DNA of 26,028 bases from a virus. Taxonomy: Duplodnaviria > Caudoviricetes. The DNA is taken from the IMG/VR virus record IMGVR_UViG_3300047476_001619, positions 1 through 26,028 of that record, one strand, 5' to 3'. Position numbers and translations under genes: made by a program. The notes under the pieces were generated by a model. The model was not told where the DNA came from and made no database searches. It saw nothing but the letters and a program-made list of their open reading frames with translations. Positions 1 through 8,672 of the stretch are shown here, piece by piece. Within the stretch, counting starts at the first letter, position 1. Each line of letters starts with the position of its first letter.

Positions 1-279
1 AACTACATAGTCAAAATACTTGTTACGAATCTTCTTAGTAATGTCTTCACGGTCAGCATCGTCAGAAGTAATATTTCTGCAAATGGTAAAACCACGTCCA
101 TATTCGGTGGCTAATTGCTCATCACTATAATCAGAATACAAGTGAAATCTCTTGTTACAATCAACTACATCATTGCCAAAAAGTTCCTTAAGTCCAAGAA
201 GCAAACAGTCATCTTGATAATCAGTCAGCCAAGGAAATTGCTGTGATCTTTGGTTTCCAGAAATATATAGAATTTTCAT
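1..279 (-). CDS. Partial ORF (5' part only), possible glycosyltransferase-related protein
   Basis: Manually translated MKILYISGNQRSQQFPWLTDYQDDCLLLGLKELFGNDVVD..., open to the window edge. MKIL start resembles GT-B N-termini. TACAAT lies 6 nt upstream of the ATG. Confidence 0.5.
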   Translation of the reverse strand, partial: MKILYISGNQRSQQFPWLTDYQDDCLLLGLKELFGNDVVDCNKRFHLYSDYSDEQLATEYGRGFTICRNITSDDADREDITKKIRNKYFDYVV

Positions 280-306
280 GAATATATTGTACACTCCGAA
301 GCAAAA

Positions 307-864
307 TTAAGCTCTCACTTCAATTGTACATTTTACATCCACTTCGAAATCAATGCAAACGTCCGCAAGTTTATCAAGTAAATTAAGTTGCCCTATAACT
401 ATCAAATTATCAGGAGATGGATTGCTTACAGAAATCAATTCTTGAGCAGAATATATTTTCTTTTTTAAAGCTACTGGATTATATACGCCTTCTTTTTTAT
501 TCATATTCAAAGCATATAGCAATGGCAAAATATATTTATCTGAAACTTCTAACTTATTTGTTCCATCTTGCAAATCACACATAAATAATTGAAATGAATA
601 TGCTACCAAAGGTTTGTCTTCAATAATGTATTCTCTGCAAAATTCGTGATCATAATTAAGGGTATGTTTGAAACTATTGTCTCGAAGAATATTTTCCCAT
701 TCTGATATGCTTCTGCGATTGTTGAGTTCCAAAATATCTTGCAACAATACTAACATTATCGAACTATAATTTGACGGGGGAATTACTTGACCTTTCCAAA
801 GCACATTATCAGCGCTAGGATGAGATTTAATATCTGGTTCAAATACAAGAAGTGTGTAACTCAT
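307..864 (-). CDS. Hypothetical protein
   Basis: 185 aa ORF in a co-oriented gene run; no recognised motif. Confidence 0.7.
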   Translation of the reverse strand: MSYTLLVFEPDIKSHPSADNVLWKGQVIPPSNYSSIMLVLLQDILELNNRRSISEWENILRDNSFKHTLNYDHEFCREYIIEDKPLVAYSFQLFMCDLQDGTNKLEVSDKYILPLLYALNMNKKEGVYNPVALKKKIYSAQELISVSNPSPDNLIVIGQLNLLDKLADVCIDFEVDVKCTIEVRA

Positions 865-868
865 AAAG

Positions 869-1345
869 TTATTCTACATCTGGATTTGCTAATTTTTCAT
901 AAGTTTCAAAAAACTCTTGAGCTGCTATCCTGTAAACTTCTTGATATGATGGTGATGGAGAAACAATATAATCTCCAGGCTTCAAGGACATCAATCTGCC
1001 CCATTTAGCTACAAATTCCAATTCCGATCCATAATATCTACAAGCTATTATTTTGCCTGTTGGAATATAAACTGCACCTTTATCATAATAATAGAAAAAC
1101 CTATATCTACTAAACAACATATCGCAGGGAACAATGTATTCTTCTTGGCACTCAGTTTGTAAATTTTGAACTATAAAATCGCCTTCTTTTGCATAGTTTG
1201 TAGTCTCTAAACCATCTGCAGTCCAAGTCTCTATATATTCATTTATTTGAGCAGGATAAGCATAAATTAGGCAAGTCTTATAATACTCTTGCCCATTGTC
1301 TCTTATTTCAGGAAAGAAGTAAGAGTATGCTTCTTCCTGTATCAT
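869..1345 (-). CDS. PGDYG-like protein
   Basis: Internally duplicated motif: AKEGDFIV..EEYIV..F and LKPGDYIV..EVYRIA..FFETYE. Confidence 0.6.
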   Translation of the reverse strand: MIQEEAYSYFFPEIRDNGQEYYKTCLIYAYPAQINEYIETWTADGLETTNYAKEGDFIVQNLQTECQEEYIVPCDMLFSRYRFFYYYDKGAVYIPTGKIIACRYYGSELEFVAKWGRLMSLKPGDYIVSPSPSYQEVYRIAAQEFFETYEKLANPDVE

Positions 1346-2184
1346 TACAAATCACTTATTTTTGATTCAAGTGCGTATAGACTTGTCTCTGCTTCATCTA
1401 GGGCCGCAAACACTTCTGTCAGTTTGTTTACTTGATCCTCAGGAAGATTGTTTGGATTTTCAGCTGTATTTATTTTTCTGTAATTTTGATCATATTTAGA
1501 TTCAACATTACCAATAACTGTTTTTAAATATTCTTTAGCCTGGTCCATTTTTCTATACATTTCAGAGACATCAATTCCAGATAAAGTTTTTGTAACTTCT
1601 GTGTATTGACCAGAATCTTGCTCACCATAAGCAACTTCTGTGCCTCTTCTAATATCTAATTCGTTTCTAGATATATCATTTGCCTTAAGCCATTGTAATT
1701 GTTCAGGACTTGGATTAGTGTAAATTGTGGCGTTTACTGATCCATTTTGATAATTGATTCTCATAGCCCCAGTAAGCTCAGAAAGAATATGTCTGTCTGA
1801 TCTATCTTTGAGTGCTTCTGGATTGACACCTAAACGAGAGAGTAAATATTTATCAAACCTTACGTGGGATCCCAAATTAGGAGTTACAGTTCCATTAGGC
1901 AAAACATAAAATGCTTCATATGGTGTTGAAAAGTGAGAATGAGTTTCAGAAGATCCACGAACAAATGGACTAGACTTATCAAACTCTGACATAATTTTAG
2001 CTACTTCTTCATTGATAGCAGCTACCATATTTTCTTCAGATCCATATTTGCCAATCAACTTACTCTTGATTGCATTTTCATCATCTGTTGCTGGATCTAC
2101 AAATGTTTTGGATTCTAATTCTTGTTGGATAATTTTATCTGCATCTTCTTTAGAAACAGCAATTTTAATTCTTGAGTACCACAT
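1345..2184 (-). CDS. Hypothetical protein with MWY-type N-terminus (start revised from 2247 to 2184)
   Basis: The 2247 start overlaps the upstream gene and its terminator. ATG 2184 gives MWYSRIKIA and lies 6 nt after a TATATT box. Coiled-coil-like C-terminus. Confidence 0.7.
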   Translation of the reverse strand: MWYSRIKIAVSKEDADKIIQQELESKTFVDPATDDENAIKSKLIGKYGSEENMVAAINEEVAKIMSEFDKSSPFVRGSSETHSHFSTPYEAFYVLPNGTVTPNLGSHVRFDKYLLSRLGVNPEALKDRSDRHILSELTGAMRINYQNGSVNATIYTNPSPEQLQWLKANDISRNELDIRRGTEVAYGEQDSGQYTEVTKTLSGIDVSEMYRKMDQAKEYLKTVIGNVESKYDQNYRKINTAENPNNLPEDQVNKLTEVFAALDEAETSLYALESKISDL

Positions 2185-2207
2185 ACGAATAATATACTGG
2201 ATAAAAG

Positions 2208-2235
2208 AAAAAAGACCCTGATTATTCAGGGTCTT
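2208..2235 (-). terminator. Intrinsic terminator
   Basis: aagaccctg/cagggtctt inverted repeat followed by a U tract on the minus strand, at the end of ORF 2222..2794. Confidence 0.65.
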
Positions 2236-2794
2236 CAGAGAAATCAAATTTCTGTTGTCCAGTTCTCATATCATCTAAAGTTTTACTATTATCAAATCCA
2301 TATAAAAAATAATTTCTGGCTGAATTCATATCTTCTTTAGATAATTCAAGCTTTAAAAATTTCATCAAAGCGTTAAATCTTTCTTCAAGCTCGTCAGGTG
2401 TTGAAATCGCATTGTGAAGGGTGAACATTCCACTATCACAGCCTAAACTATATGCTTCAGGACCAAAACCAAATTTATCGTAGAGCAAACCTCTGTAAGA
2501 ACCATTATCTTTAAAATAGTTTTCAAAGATAATATTTGTAAAATAAAAGAATAAAAGTAGTTGATTGTCTGTATTTAAAGAAATAAAATACTCTTTAGCC
2601 TTATGTTGGTATTGTCCCAGGGCTTCTTCTTCTATTTTTAAATATTCTTTATACTCATCAGATTTTAAATAATCACTGAAAGACTTATATGTTTTCCCAT
2701 TCTTGTCAAATGGATTAGGATTTTTTACCATTGGATTACCTGTGCTTTCTCGAATTGAATCTTCTTTGCGCTGTCTAATTTCTTCCCAAGTCAT
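2222..2794 (-). CDS. Hypothetical protein
   Basis: 190 aa ORF with tight spacing to its neighbours. Confidence 0.75.
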   Translation of the reverse strand: MTWEEIRQRKEDSIRESTGNPMVKNPNPFDKNGKTYKSFSDYLKSDEYKEYLKIEEEALGQYQHKAKEYFISLNTDNQLLLFFYFTNIIFENYFKDNGSYRGLLYDKFGFGPEAYSLGCDSGMFTLHNAISTPDELEERFNALMKFLKLELSKEDMNSARNYFLYGFDNSKTLDDMRTGQQKFDFSEDPE

Positions 2795-2795
2795 A

Positions 2796-3056
2796 TTAAT
2801 CTTTTACAGGACATACATGAATACACTGGGCTTCTTCTTCACGTAATGCAATGTGACTTTCTCTACAGTTCACAACCATCATATTTGAATGTTGTTTATT
2901 CAAAATTTTAATTTCACAACCAGGATTGAAGCCTAATTCAGAAAGTCTTGATCTGACAGTTCCACAAATTGATTCAATCTTGTAAGTTTCACCTGCAGAA
3001 CCATCAAATAATGTCATAGTCTTTCCTAGAAAAAGAGCCTTCCGAAGAAGGCTCAT
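2796..3056 (-). CDS. feoA: FeoA-domain (SH3-like) protein
   Basis: RSRLSELGFNPGCEIKIL...IALREEEAQCIHV matches the FeoA consensus RRL.xLG..PG..v.v....iALR..eA..I.V. Start could be the Met at 3017. Confidence 0.85.
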   Translation of the reverse strand: MSLLRKALFLGKTMTLFDGSAGETYKIESICGTVRSRLSELGFNPGCEIKILNKQHSNMMVVNCRESHIALREEEAQCIHVCPVKD

Positions 3057-3061
3057 TGAAA

Positions 3062-3397
3062 TTAGTTGATTGCTTTGTTTTTCGGTTTTGCAATAACGTA
3101 TTCAATTTCTTCTGATGGATAAAAAGTCTTCTTTGCACGACTATTTACTTCAAAAGAATATACAGTGAATTCAGGACGGCCTTTGTATTCACTCATAAAA
3201 CCACGGATAATTACCATAGTTCCAGCTTCAACATCATTCATCAAACAATCAACATCAGCACGGCTTTGAAATTTAATTGAGTACTTTTTATTTGATCCAC
3301 TCTCTACAACTAAAGCACTTGCAAGAGTTTCAGTCAATCTTCTTTTACTCAACACTGTCACAGAACGAGTTTCTGTTGATCTAGTTCGGTCTACCAT
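3062..3397 (-). CDS. OB-fold nucleic-acid-binding protein (putative)
   Basis: GTMVIIRGFMSEYKGRPEFTVYSFE resembles the OB-fold strand pattern G..V.V.G.v..y.G...l.v. SD (ggag) upstream. Confidence 0.5.
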   Translation of the reverse strand: MVDRTRSTETRSVTVLSKRRLTETLASALVVESGSNKKYSIKFQSRADVDCLMNDVEAGTMVIIRGFMSEYKGRPEFTVYSFEVNSRAKKTFYPSEEIEYVIAKPKNKAIN

Positions 3398-3449
3398 TTT
3401 TTTTCTCCAATGTTCAAATTATAACACACACAATACGAATAAACAAGCC

Positions 3450-3905
3450 TTACCACCACAATTCAAACCAAAGTTTAGAAAGATATTCTACTGCTTGCTT
3501 CACGTCATCAGTAAGTTGCTTTCTCTCTTCATTGTCAGTACTTTGGTAATATTTATCAGTGGCATAATAGTTTTCAAAAGCACTTATAATGAAGTTCAAT
3601 TTTTCATCGTAAGATTCAACTGTTTCACCAGTAGGAATACCATTATTTACTTCGATAAATTTCTTCAATCGAGGAATTATAAATAATGCAATGCTACGGT
3701 CCATATGCCAAGTTTCAGTATCATCAAAACCTTGCTCAAATCTTTGCTGCTTGTACATTTCACGAGTAGCAAGATCTTGACTATAAACTTCATCAGCAAC
3801 ACTAAAATTAATGTTTTTTAATGCCTCTGGCTTTATAGATAATTGCAAGTAGTCTTTTGATTTCTTCTGGGTCGATTTTGATTTGTTTTCGTTCATTGTC
3901 ATCAC
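3450..3905 (-). CDS. Hypothetical phage protein
   Basis: GFDDTETWHMD..IA.FIIPRLKKF...GIP and a terminal LWW, a pattern I associate with phage hypotheticals. Confidence 0.75.
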   Translation of the reverse strand: MMTMNENKSKSTQKKSKDYLQLSIKPEALKNINFSVADEVYSQDLATREMYKQQRFEQGFDDTETWHMDRSIALFIIPRLKKFIEVNNGIPTGETVESYDEKLNFIISAFENYYATDKYYQSTDNEERKQLTDDVKQAVEYLSKLWFELWW

Positions 3906-4093
3906 TCATTTTCAATCTTATTTGCTTTATCGTAATAAAGCATTCCATTCCGCAAACACCAAACAGATACAGCTCCTAAAAGAAAATCTGATGGTAATGT
4001 TCCAGTTGTACGCCAAACGTGTGTAATAGCGACAAAGCAAAGAATATACCAAATAAGACCTACAGCTTTGTTGTTATCAATTTTATCTTCCAT
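3902..4093 (-). CDS. Small membrane protein
   Basis: 63 aa with two hydrophobic segments; TATAAT 7 nt upstream of the ATG. Confidence 0.65.
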   Translation of the reverse strand: MEDKIDNNKAVGLIWYILCFVAITHVWRTTGTLPSDFLLGAVSVWCLRNGMLYYDKANKIENE

Positions 4094-4138
4094 AATACTA
4101 ATTATATCATAAAAAAAGAAGTCTGCAAAGCCACCTTT

Positions 4139-4378
4139 TTATTTGAATTCTTGGAAATAAGGACACAATTGGAAGCCAGATCCATCTCTAACCCAGCCAT
4201 TACCTTTGCATTTTTCCTTACCTTTACCTAAGCATTCACAAACTCCAATGGGTTTACCATTGCGAATGATGATGTTGTCAATTTTTGCTTGTTCTTCAGG
4301 AGTAAGGTCTAAAAATTCTGCAATCGTCCCAACTCTAAATCCAGATTTTTCTAGACGATCTTTCTTGTCATCAGTCAT
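4139..4378 (-). CDS. Small protein with antitoxin/XRE-regulator-like N-terminal segment and Cys-rich C-terminus
   Basis: Likely start MTDDKKDRLEKSGFRVGTIAEFLDLTPEE (ATG 4378, overlapping the upstream stop). C-terminus CEC..GKGKEKCKGNG...CP. Confidence 0.6.
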   Translation of the reverse strand: MTDDKKDRLEKSGFRVGTIAEFLDLTPEEQAKIDNIIIRNGKPIGVCECLGKGKEKCKGNGWVRDGSGFQLCPYFQEFK

Positions 4379-4790
4379 CAATATCTTCTTCTTCATCCTC
4401 ATCATCATCTGCCATCAAAACAGCAGATAAGTCTTCAGGAACGACATCTACAGTATAGCCCTTTTCATCAATTGCTTCTACATCAAATGAATCTAATTGA
4501 TCAAGCCAATCCCTGTAATCATCATAGTCAGCATCAAATTCATCTTGTAAGGTAGTGAAATCAAGCTCATATTTCTTACCATAGAACTTCATTGCCTTGT
4601 CAAAAATTCCACAATCAGAATCAATTTCAAGATAAGCATAACCATCTTCGTTAAGTGGATCTTTACCATTACCCAAATAAGAATATTCTGAAATTGCATC
4701 AAAAATATTCAAACTATCAAGTAAATCTAAACTTACTTTCCAATAGTCGTGTCGATAACAATCAACTGCTTGAACAATAATTTTTTCCAT
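4371..4790 (-). CDS. Acidic hypothetical phage protein
   Basis: 139 aa, YLEIDSDC motif, very D/E-rich tail. Confidence 0.7.
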   Translation of the reverse strand: MEKIIVQAVDCYRHDYWKVSLDLLDSLNIFDAISEYSYLGNGKDPLNEDGYAYLEIDSDCGIFDKAMKFYGKKYELDFTTLQDEFDADYDDYRDWLDQLDSFDVEAIDEKGYTVDVVPEDLSAVLMADDDEDEEEDIDD

Positions 4791-4792
4791 AA

Positions 4793-5371
4793 TTAATAAC
4801 CTTTTGCAATTGTTGCACTACGATGATCTGCCATATGAAAGAATTCAGCTTCTTTTGTCAATGGCTTCACAGCATTGCCCCATTCTACCCTACCGTGATG
4901 AGAAAGCAAGATATGTAATAAGTGGTTTTTTAGTTCTAATGGAAAATCACTTATTTTGTCAATTTCTGAGTATACCCACATAGCAGATAAACACAAATGA
5001 CCGATCATTTTGCCAGACTCAGTAAATTGATAATATGTTTTATCTCCTTCAACAAGATAAATTTCATACTCTTCAATTTTTGCTACATCGTGAAGAAGAG
5101 CAGCAGTTATGAGTAAATCAGCATCTAAAGCTTCATAATTGTATTTATTAAGCGTTTTGCAGTCAGAAATACAAAAATCCGCCACTTGTAATGAATGTTC
5201 CAGCAAACCACCAGGATATGCGTGATGAAAACCTTTAGCAGCTGGAGCAATGAGAAATTGTTTTCTATATCTTCCTTTAGGACCAACTAAATTATAGCAA
5301 AGTTTGGAAAGATGCTCATTAGATATAATTGATAATAGTTCGTCAAGTTGCATATATTGCATATTAATCAT
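4793..5371 (-). CDS. HD-domain hydrolase, YhaM/Cbf1-like catalytic domain
   Basis: PAAKGFHHAYPGGLLEHS, ALLHDVAKIEEY, GHL, HILLSHHGRVEWG and EA..FHMAD all match YhaM HD motifs. No N-terminal OB fold. Confidence 0.88.
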   Translation of the reverse strand: MINMQYMQLDELLSIISNEHLSKLCYNLVGPKGRYRKQFLIAPAAKGFHHAYPGGLLEHSLQVADFCISDCKTLNKYNYEALDADLLITAALLHDVAKIEEYEIYLVEGDKTYYQFTESGKMIGHLCLSAMWVYSEIDKISDFPLELKNHLLHILLSHHGRVEWGNAVKPLTKEAEFFHMADHRSATIAKGY

Positions 5372-5576
5372 CTGAATAAACTTTCTGTGGCTTGATTTCT
5401 AAACGATAAGCCACTTTTTCTTCTTCAAAGCAAAATCTCAATGAATCCAGAAATTCTTTTCTATCATTGTAATAAAGTTGTTGAAGCATCTTAACCATTT
5501 CTTCTTCTGGCACTTCTGAATCTTCATCTGCAGTGATGTCAATGTCAAAAGATAAATTTAATCTGTACTTAGCCAT
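5364..5576 (-). CDS. Hypothetical protein
   Basis: 70 aa ORF overlapping both neighbours. Confidence 0.65.
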   Translation of the reverse strand: MAKYRLNLSFDIDITADEDSEVPEEEMVKMLQQLYYNDRKEFLDSLRFCFEEEKVAYRLEIKPQKVYSDD

Positions 5577-5862
5577 TTACTTCTTTGTCCATCATATTTA
5601 AAAATTCAGAATCTCTTTCAATATCAATAAAGAGTTGATCTAATCTGAATTGAAGCAAATGATTTCTTCTTTCTTCTATCTCTTCTGGTGTTGGATATTT
5701 TGGCACTAAATTATTATCAAAAGCTTCATTTCTCAATTTTCGCCATTCAAAAACATCACAATCACAATCACTTACACAAATAGCTTTATTACAAGATGGG
5801 CAAACAGCTTCATTACATTTGCACAACCAACAGAATTCCCATTTTAAATCATTACTTGTCAT
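5569..5862 (-). CDS. Cys-rich, probable zinc-binding protein
   Basis: CWLCKC...CPSC...CVSDCDC. Confidence 0.65.
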   Translation of the reverse strand: MTSNDLKWEFCWLCKCNEAVCPSCNKAICVSDCDCDVFEWRKLRNEAFDNNLVPKYPTPEEIEERRNHLLQFRLDQLFIDIERDSEFLNMMDKEVNG

Positions 5863-6229
5863 CTATTATCTCTCCATTTTCTTTTGCTTGTAAGTAATCT
5901 TTAATTAAATCTTTTGTAAATTCAGGACAGGGCCAAGGTTCTTCTTCATATTCAAAAGTATGTAAGCTTTGTTCGTCTTCAGAAATTTCCCAATCATCGT
6001 AAGCAAGTAAAACACGTAAAAATTCACTTACGCATTTTTCGGGAAAATCAATATCAGCACATTTTAAAGAAATCATTTCATCTGTCCAATCTTCGCTGAT
6101 TTCAATTGGATACCACTTAATAACTCTTGAATCATTAGCAGCATAGAAAGTGTAAGATTGATTACCTGCCCTTTTTACTTTCTTTGCTCTGCCTTCTTTG
6201 ATTTCTCTTAAAATTTCCCAGCCTGTCAT
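5852..6229 (-). CDS. Divergent DUF2829/Tad2-like protein
   Basis: MTGWEILREIKEGRAKKVKR...LLAYDDWEI matches the family's terminal motifs loosely. Confidence 0.5.
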   Translation of the reverse strand: MTGWEILREIKEGRAKKVKRAGNQSYTFYAANDSRVIKWYPIEISEDWTDEMISLKCADIDFPEKCVSEFLRVLLAYDDWEISEDEQSLHTFEYEEEPWPCPEFTKDLIKDYLQAKENGEIIDDK

Positions 6230-6474
6230 TCTTCATCTACCTTATCTTCTAAATCCCACTCATCAATGTCCCAATCGTCAGCAGCAACGTCTTCAGGTGA
6301 TAAATCAAGTCTATAGGTGATCATTTCGTAATCATCTACTTCGTCATCTTTTTTAATATGGTAAACAAACCAATTGTTTTCTTTTTCAAGATACAAAAAT
6401 CTTCCATCAGGCCAACCACTTCTTGAAATTGGTTTGTATTCCATTAAAGCATCAATTACTTCAGCAAATTTCAT
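6226..6474 (-). CDS. DUF2829/Tad2-like protein
   Basis: MKFAEVIDALMEYKPISRSGW...FLYL...LSPEDVAADDW is close to the family consensus MnF.eAl.alk.Gk.v.R.gW...D.lA.DW. Confidence 0.7.
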   Translation of the reverse strand: MKFAEVIDALMEYKPISRSGWPDGRFLYLEKENNWFVYHIKKDDEVDDYEMITYRLDLSPEDVAADDWDIDEWDLEDKVDEE

Positions 6475-6682
6475 CTAATATCTCCCAGTCATCTTCAAAG
6501 AAATCACCATTGTCTAAAGCATCATAAACACTAATATAATCAGCAAATTCAGATAAATCAGGCACATATTCTGGCACTTTACTATCAGAAAAATAAGCCC
6601 TACATTTTATATCAGGTTCCCAAGATTTTCGCCTTAACGTAAATCCATCTTCTAATTTATCTAATGCTTCTTTGCCAGTCAT
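6461..6682 (-). CDS. DUF2829/Tad2-like protein
   Basis: MTGKEALDKLEDGFTLRRKSW...DFFEDDWEI. Confidence 0.6.
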   Translation of the reverse strand: MTGKEALDKLEDGFTLRRKSWEPDIKCRAYFSDSKVPEYVPDLSEFADYISVYDALDNGDFFEDDWEILDEIC

Positions 6683-6894
6683 TCTTCAGCAACTTTCTTG
6701 AAAATATATTTTGCTTTCATCGGCAAAATTAGATATTGAATTGTTAGCCACTCTGTAACGCCTGATTTGTGCTTTACTTTATTTTGAAGCTCATTGTCTT
6801 TAAAACGCCAAGCTGTAATATTAGTGCCATCATCAATAGCTAAATAATATCCATCATTTAACTTTTCAATAATATCAGTAGGAATTGGTAACAC
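6679..6894 (-). CDS. Hypothetical protein
   Basis: 71 aa ORF overlapping its neighbours. Confidence 0.55.
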   Translation of the reverse strand: MLPIPTDIIEKLNDGYYLAIDDGTNITAWRFKDNELQNKVKHKSGVTEWLTIQYLILPMKAKYIFKKVAEE

Positions 6895-7163
6895 TAATCA
6901 ACCTCAAAATTTTTCTTAAAAGTTTCTCTTACATTTTTATCCCATAGTAATTCAGATGCAAAACCAATAGTGCCAGAGTCAAAATGAACCCAGACAGTCT
7001 TACCATCATCAGAAAGACTTACTTCAATAATGTCATCTTTGTCATATTGAAACTCTTCACAAAAAATATAGGCAATTTCACGCAAATATTTATGAAATCT
7101 AGTAAAAGACCATATACGTCCTCTTACATACTGCTCATCTAAAATTCTGAAATCAGTTTCCAT
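6894..7163 (-). CDS. Hypothetical protein
   Basis: 89 aa ORF in the gene run. Confidence 0.65.
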   Translation of the reverse strand: METDFRILDEQYVRGRIWSFTRFHKYLREIAYIFCEEFQYDKDDIIEVSLSDDGKTVWVHFDSGTIGFASELLWDKNVRETFKKNFEVD

Positions 7164-7365
7164 ATAAAACTCTCAAAACCAAGAAAAATAAACTACTTAA
7201 CATTCCGCTTATTATAAGAAAAGAAGTAGTGAATTGCAAGAAAGATTTGTCTTTATTTATGACAATATTATATGCTCCTATAAGAAAGTATAACTACTAA
7301 TTTATAAGAGCATATAATAAGACAATAGACAGAATTAAAATGTTAATAATTTCTATCTTTAACAT
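7153..7365 (-). pseudogene. Interrupted membrane-protein ORF with two in-frame TAG codons
   Basis: Manual translation MLKIEIINILILSIVLLYALIN**LYFLIGAYNIVINKDKSFLQFTTSFLIISGMLSSLFFLVLRVLYGN*. It fills the gap between annotated ORFs and its TGA overlaps the next gene's start. Confidence 0.45.
7266..7319. repeat. 18-bp inverted repeat with 18-nt loop
   Basis: tattatatgctcctataa (7266-7283) and ttataagagcatataata (7302-7319) are 17/18 complementary. The mismatch is a U-G pair on the minus-strand RNA. Confidence 0.8.
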
Positions 7366-7383
7366 ACATTATTTTTGGTTTAT

Positions 7384-7689
7384 TTACGAGACCATAGCCC
7401 AAGAATAATTTTCTATACAATTGTTTCTTATAATTTTAATATTAATACAGGCATCAGGATCATCATAGTCAAAATCTCTTTCAACTATAATTTCTATACC
7501 CGCAGAACAAGCTGAAAAACTTTTCTGCTTAAGATGAAAATTTCTAACAATGGCACGATAAAGATCTACAACTATAGTTTTGTTAGATTTTGGTACAGCG
7601 TAAATGGATTGACATTCATTGATGAAATCACATTCATCCATAGATTTCTGAAGTGCTTCGTATTGCTTTTGACTAAAAAAATTATTCAT
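7384..7689 (-). CDS. Hypothetical protein
   Basis: 101 aa; 4-nt ATGA overlap with gmd. Confidence 0.65.
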   Translation of the reverse strand: MNNFFSQKQYEALQKSMDECDFINECQSIYAVPKSNKTIVVDLYRAIVRNFHLKQKSFSACSAGIEIIVERDFDYDDPDACINIKIIRNNCIENYSWAMVS

Positions 7690-8654
7690 TTTGTTTCCTT
7701 GATAATTTCAATATCACATTTTACCATATGGCTTACCCATTTGTCAAAAGGTGTTTTAGGATTCCAATTTAACTTTGCTTCTGCCTTGCTGTAATTTCCC
7801 CAAATACATCTTTTATCATAAGGTCGGTAAAAGTTACGATCTATATCAACAAATTTTTGCCAGTCATCAATCCCTACAGAATTAAAAGCAACTTGGCAAA
7901 GATTTGCTATTGATTTTGGCTTACCTGCAGCAAGAATAAAATTTTCAGGATTTTCTTGTTGCAAAGATGCCCACATTCCTTCAACAAAATCAGGAGCATA
8001 TCCCCAATCTCTTTCTGAATCAAGATTTCCCAAATAGATTTTATCAATTTTGCCTGTGCAAATTCTTGCAACCCCATTGGTAATTTTTCTAGTTACAAAT
8101 TGCAAACTTCTTCTCTCACTTTCATGATTGAACAAAATACCAGAAACAGCATAAATCTTGTAATTTTCTCTATAAGAATTTGTAATTAAATGTCCATAAG
8201 TTTTCGAAATACCATAAGGAGAGACTGGACAAATAATTCCATTTTCATCTATTGGACCATTACTTTTTGCAAACATTTCAGAACTTGACGCTTGAAAGAA
8301 TCTAATATTTTTATTAGATTCCCTTATAGCTTCTAAAACACGTAAAACACCTAGCCCCGTAACATTAGAGGTTAGCTCGGGAATTTGCCAACTTTCACCT
8401 ACAAATGATTGAGCAGCAAAATTATATATTTCATCTGGTTGAACTTCTTTAACAACACGGGTTATTGAATGTTGATCTGTTAAATCTGCACAATGAATTT
8501 TAATTTTATCAATAATATGATTGATATTTTGATAGTTGTATGAAGATTTCCATCTATCCAAACCATAAATTTCATAATTTTTCGTCAATAAAAAATCAGC
8601 TAGATGACTAGCATCCATCCCTGAAATTCCTGTAATAAGTGCTTTTTTTTTCAT
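7686..8654 (-). CDS. gmd: GDP-mannose 4,6-dehydratase
   Basis: KKALITGISGMD, PDEIYNFAAQSFV, FFQASSSEMF, SPYGISK (YxxxK), GILFNHES, FVTRKIT, LGNLDSERDWG. Confidence 0.93.
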   Translation of the reverse strand: MKKKALITGISGMDASHLADFLLTKNYEIYGLDRWKSSYNYQNINHIIDKIKIHCADLTDQHSITRVVKEVQPDEIYNFAAQSFVGESWQIPELTSNVTGLGVLRVLEAIRESNKNIRFFQASSSEMFAKSNGPIDENGIICPVSPYGISKTYGHLITNSYRENYKIYAVSGILFNHESERRSLQFVTRKITNGVARICTGKIDKIYLGNLDSERDWGYAPDFVEGMWASLQQENPENFILAAGKPKSIANLCQVAFNSVGIDDWQKFVDIDRNFYRPYDKRCIWGNYSKAEAKLNWNPKTPFDKWVSHMVKCDIEIIKETK

Positions 8655-8672
8655 AAGTTACATACCATAATT

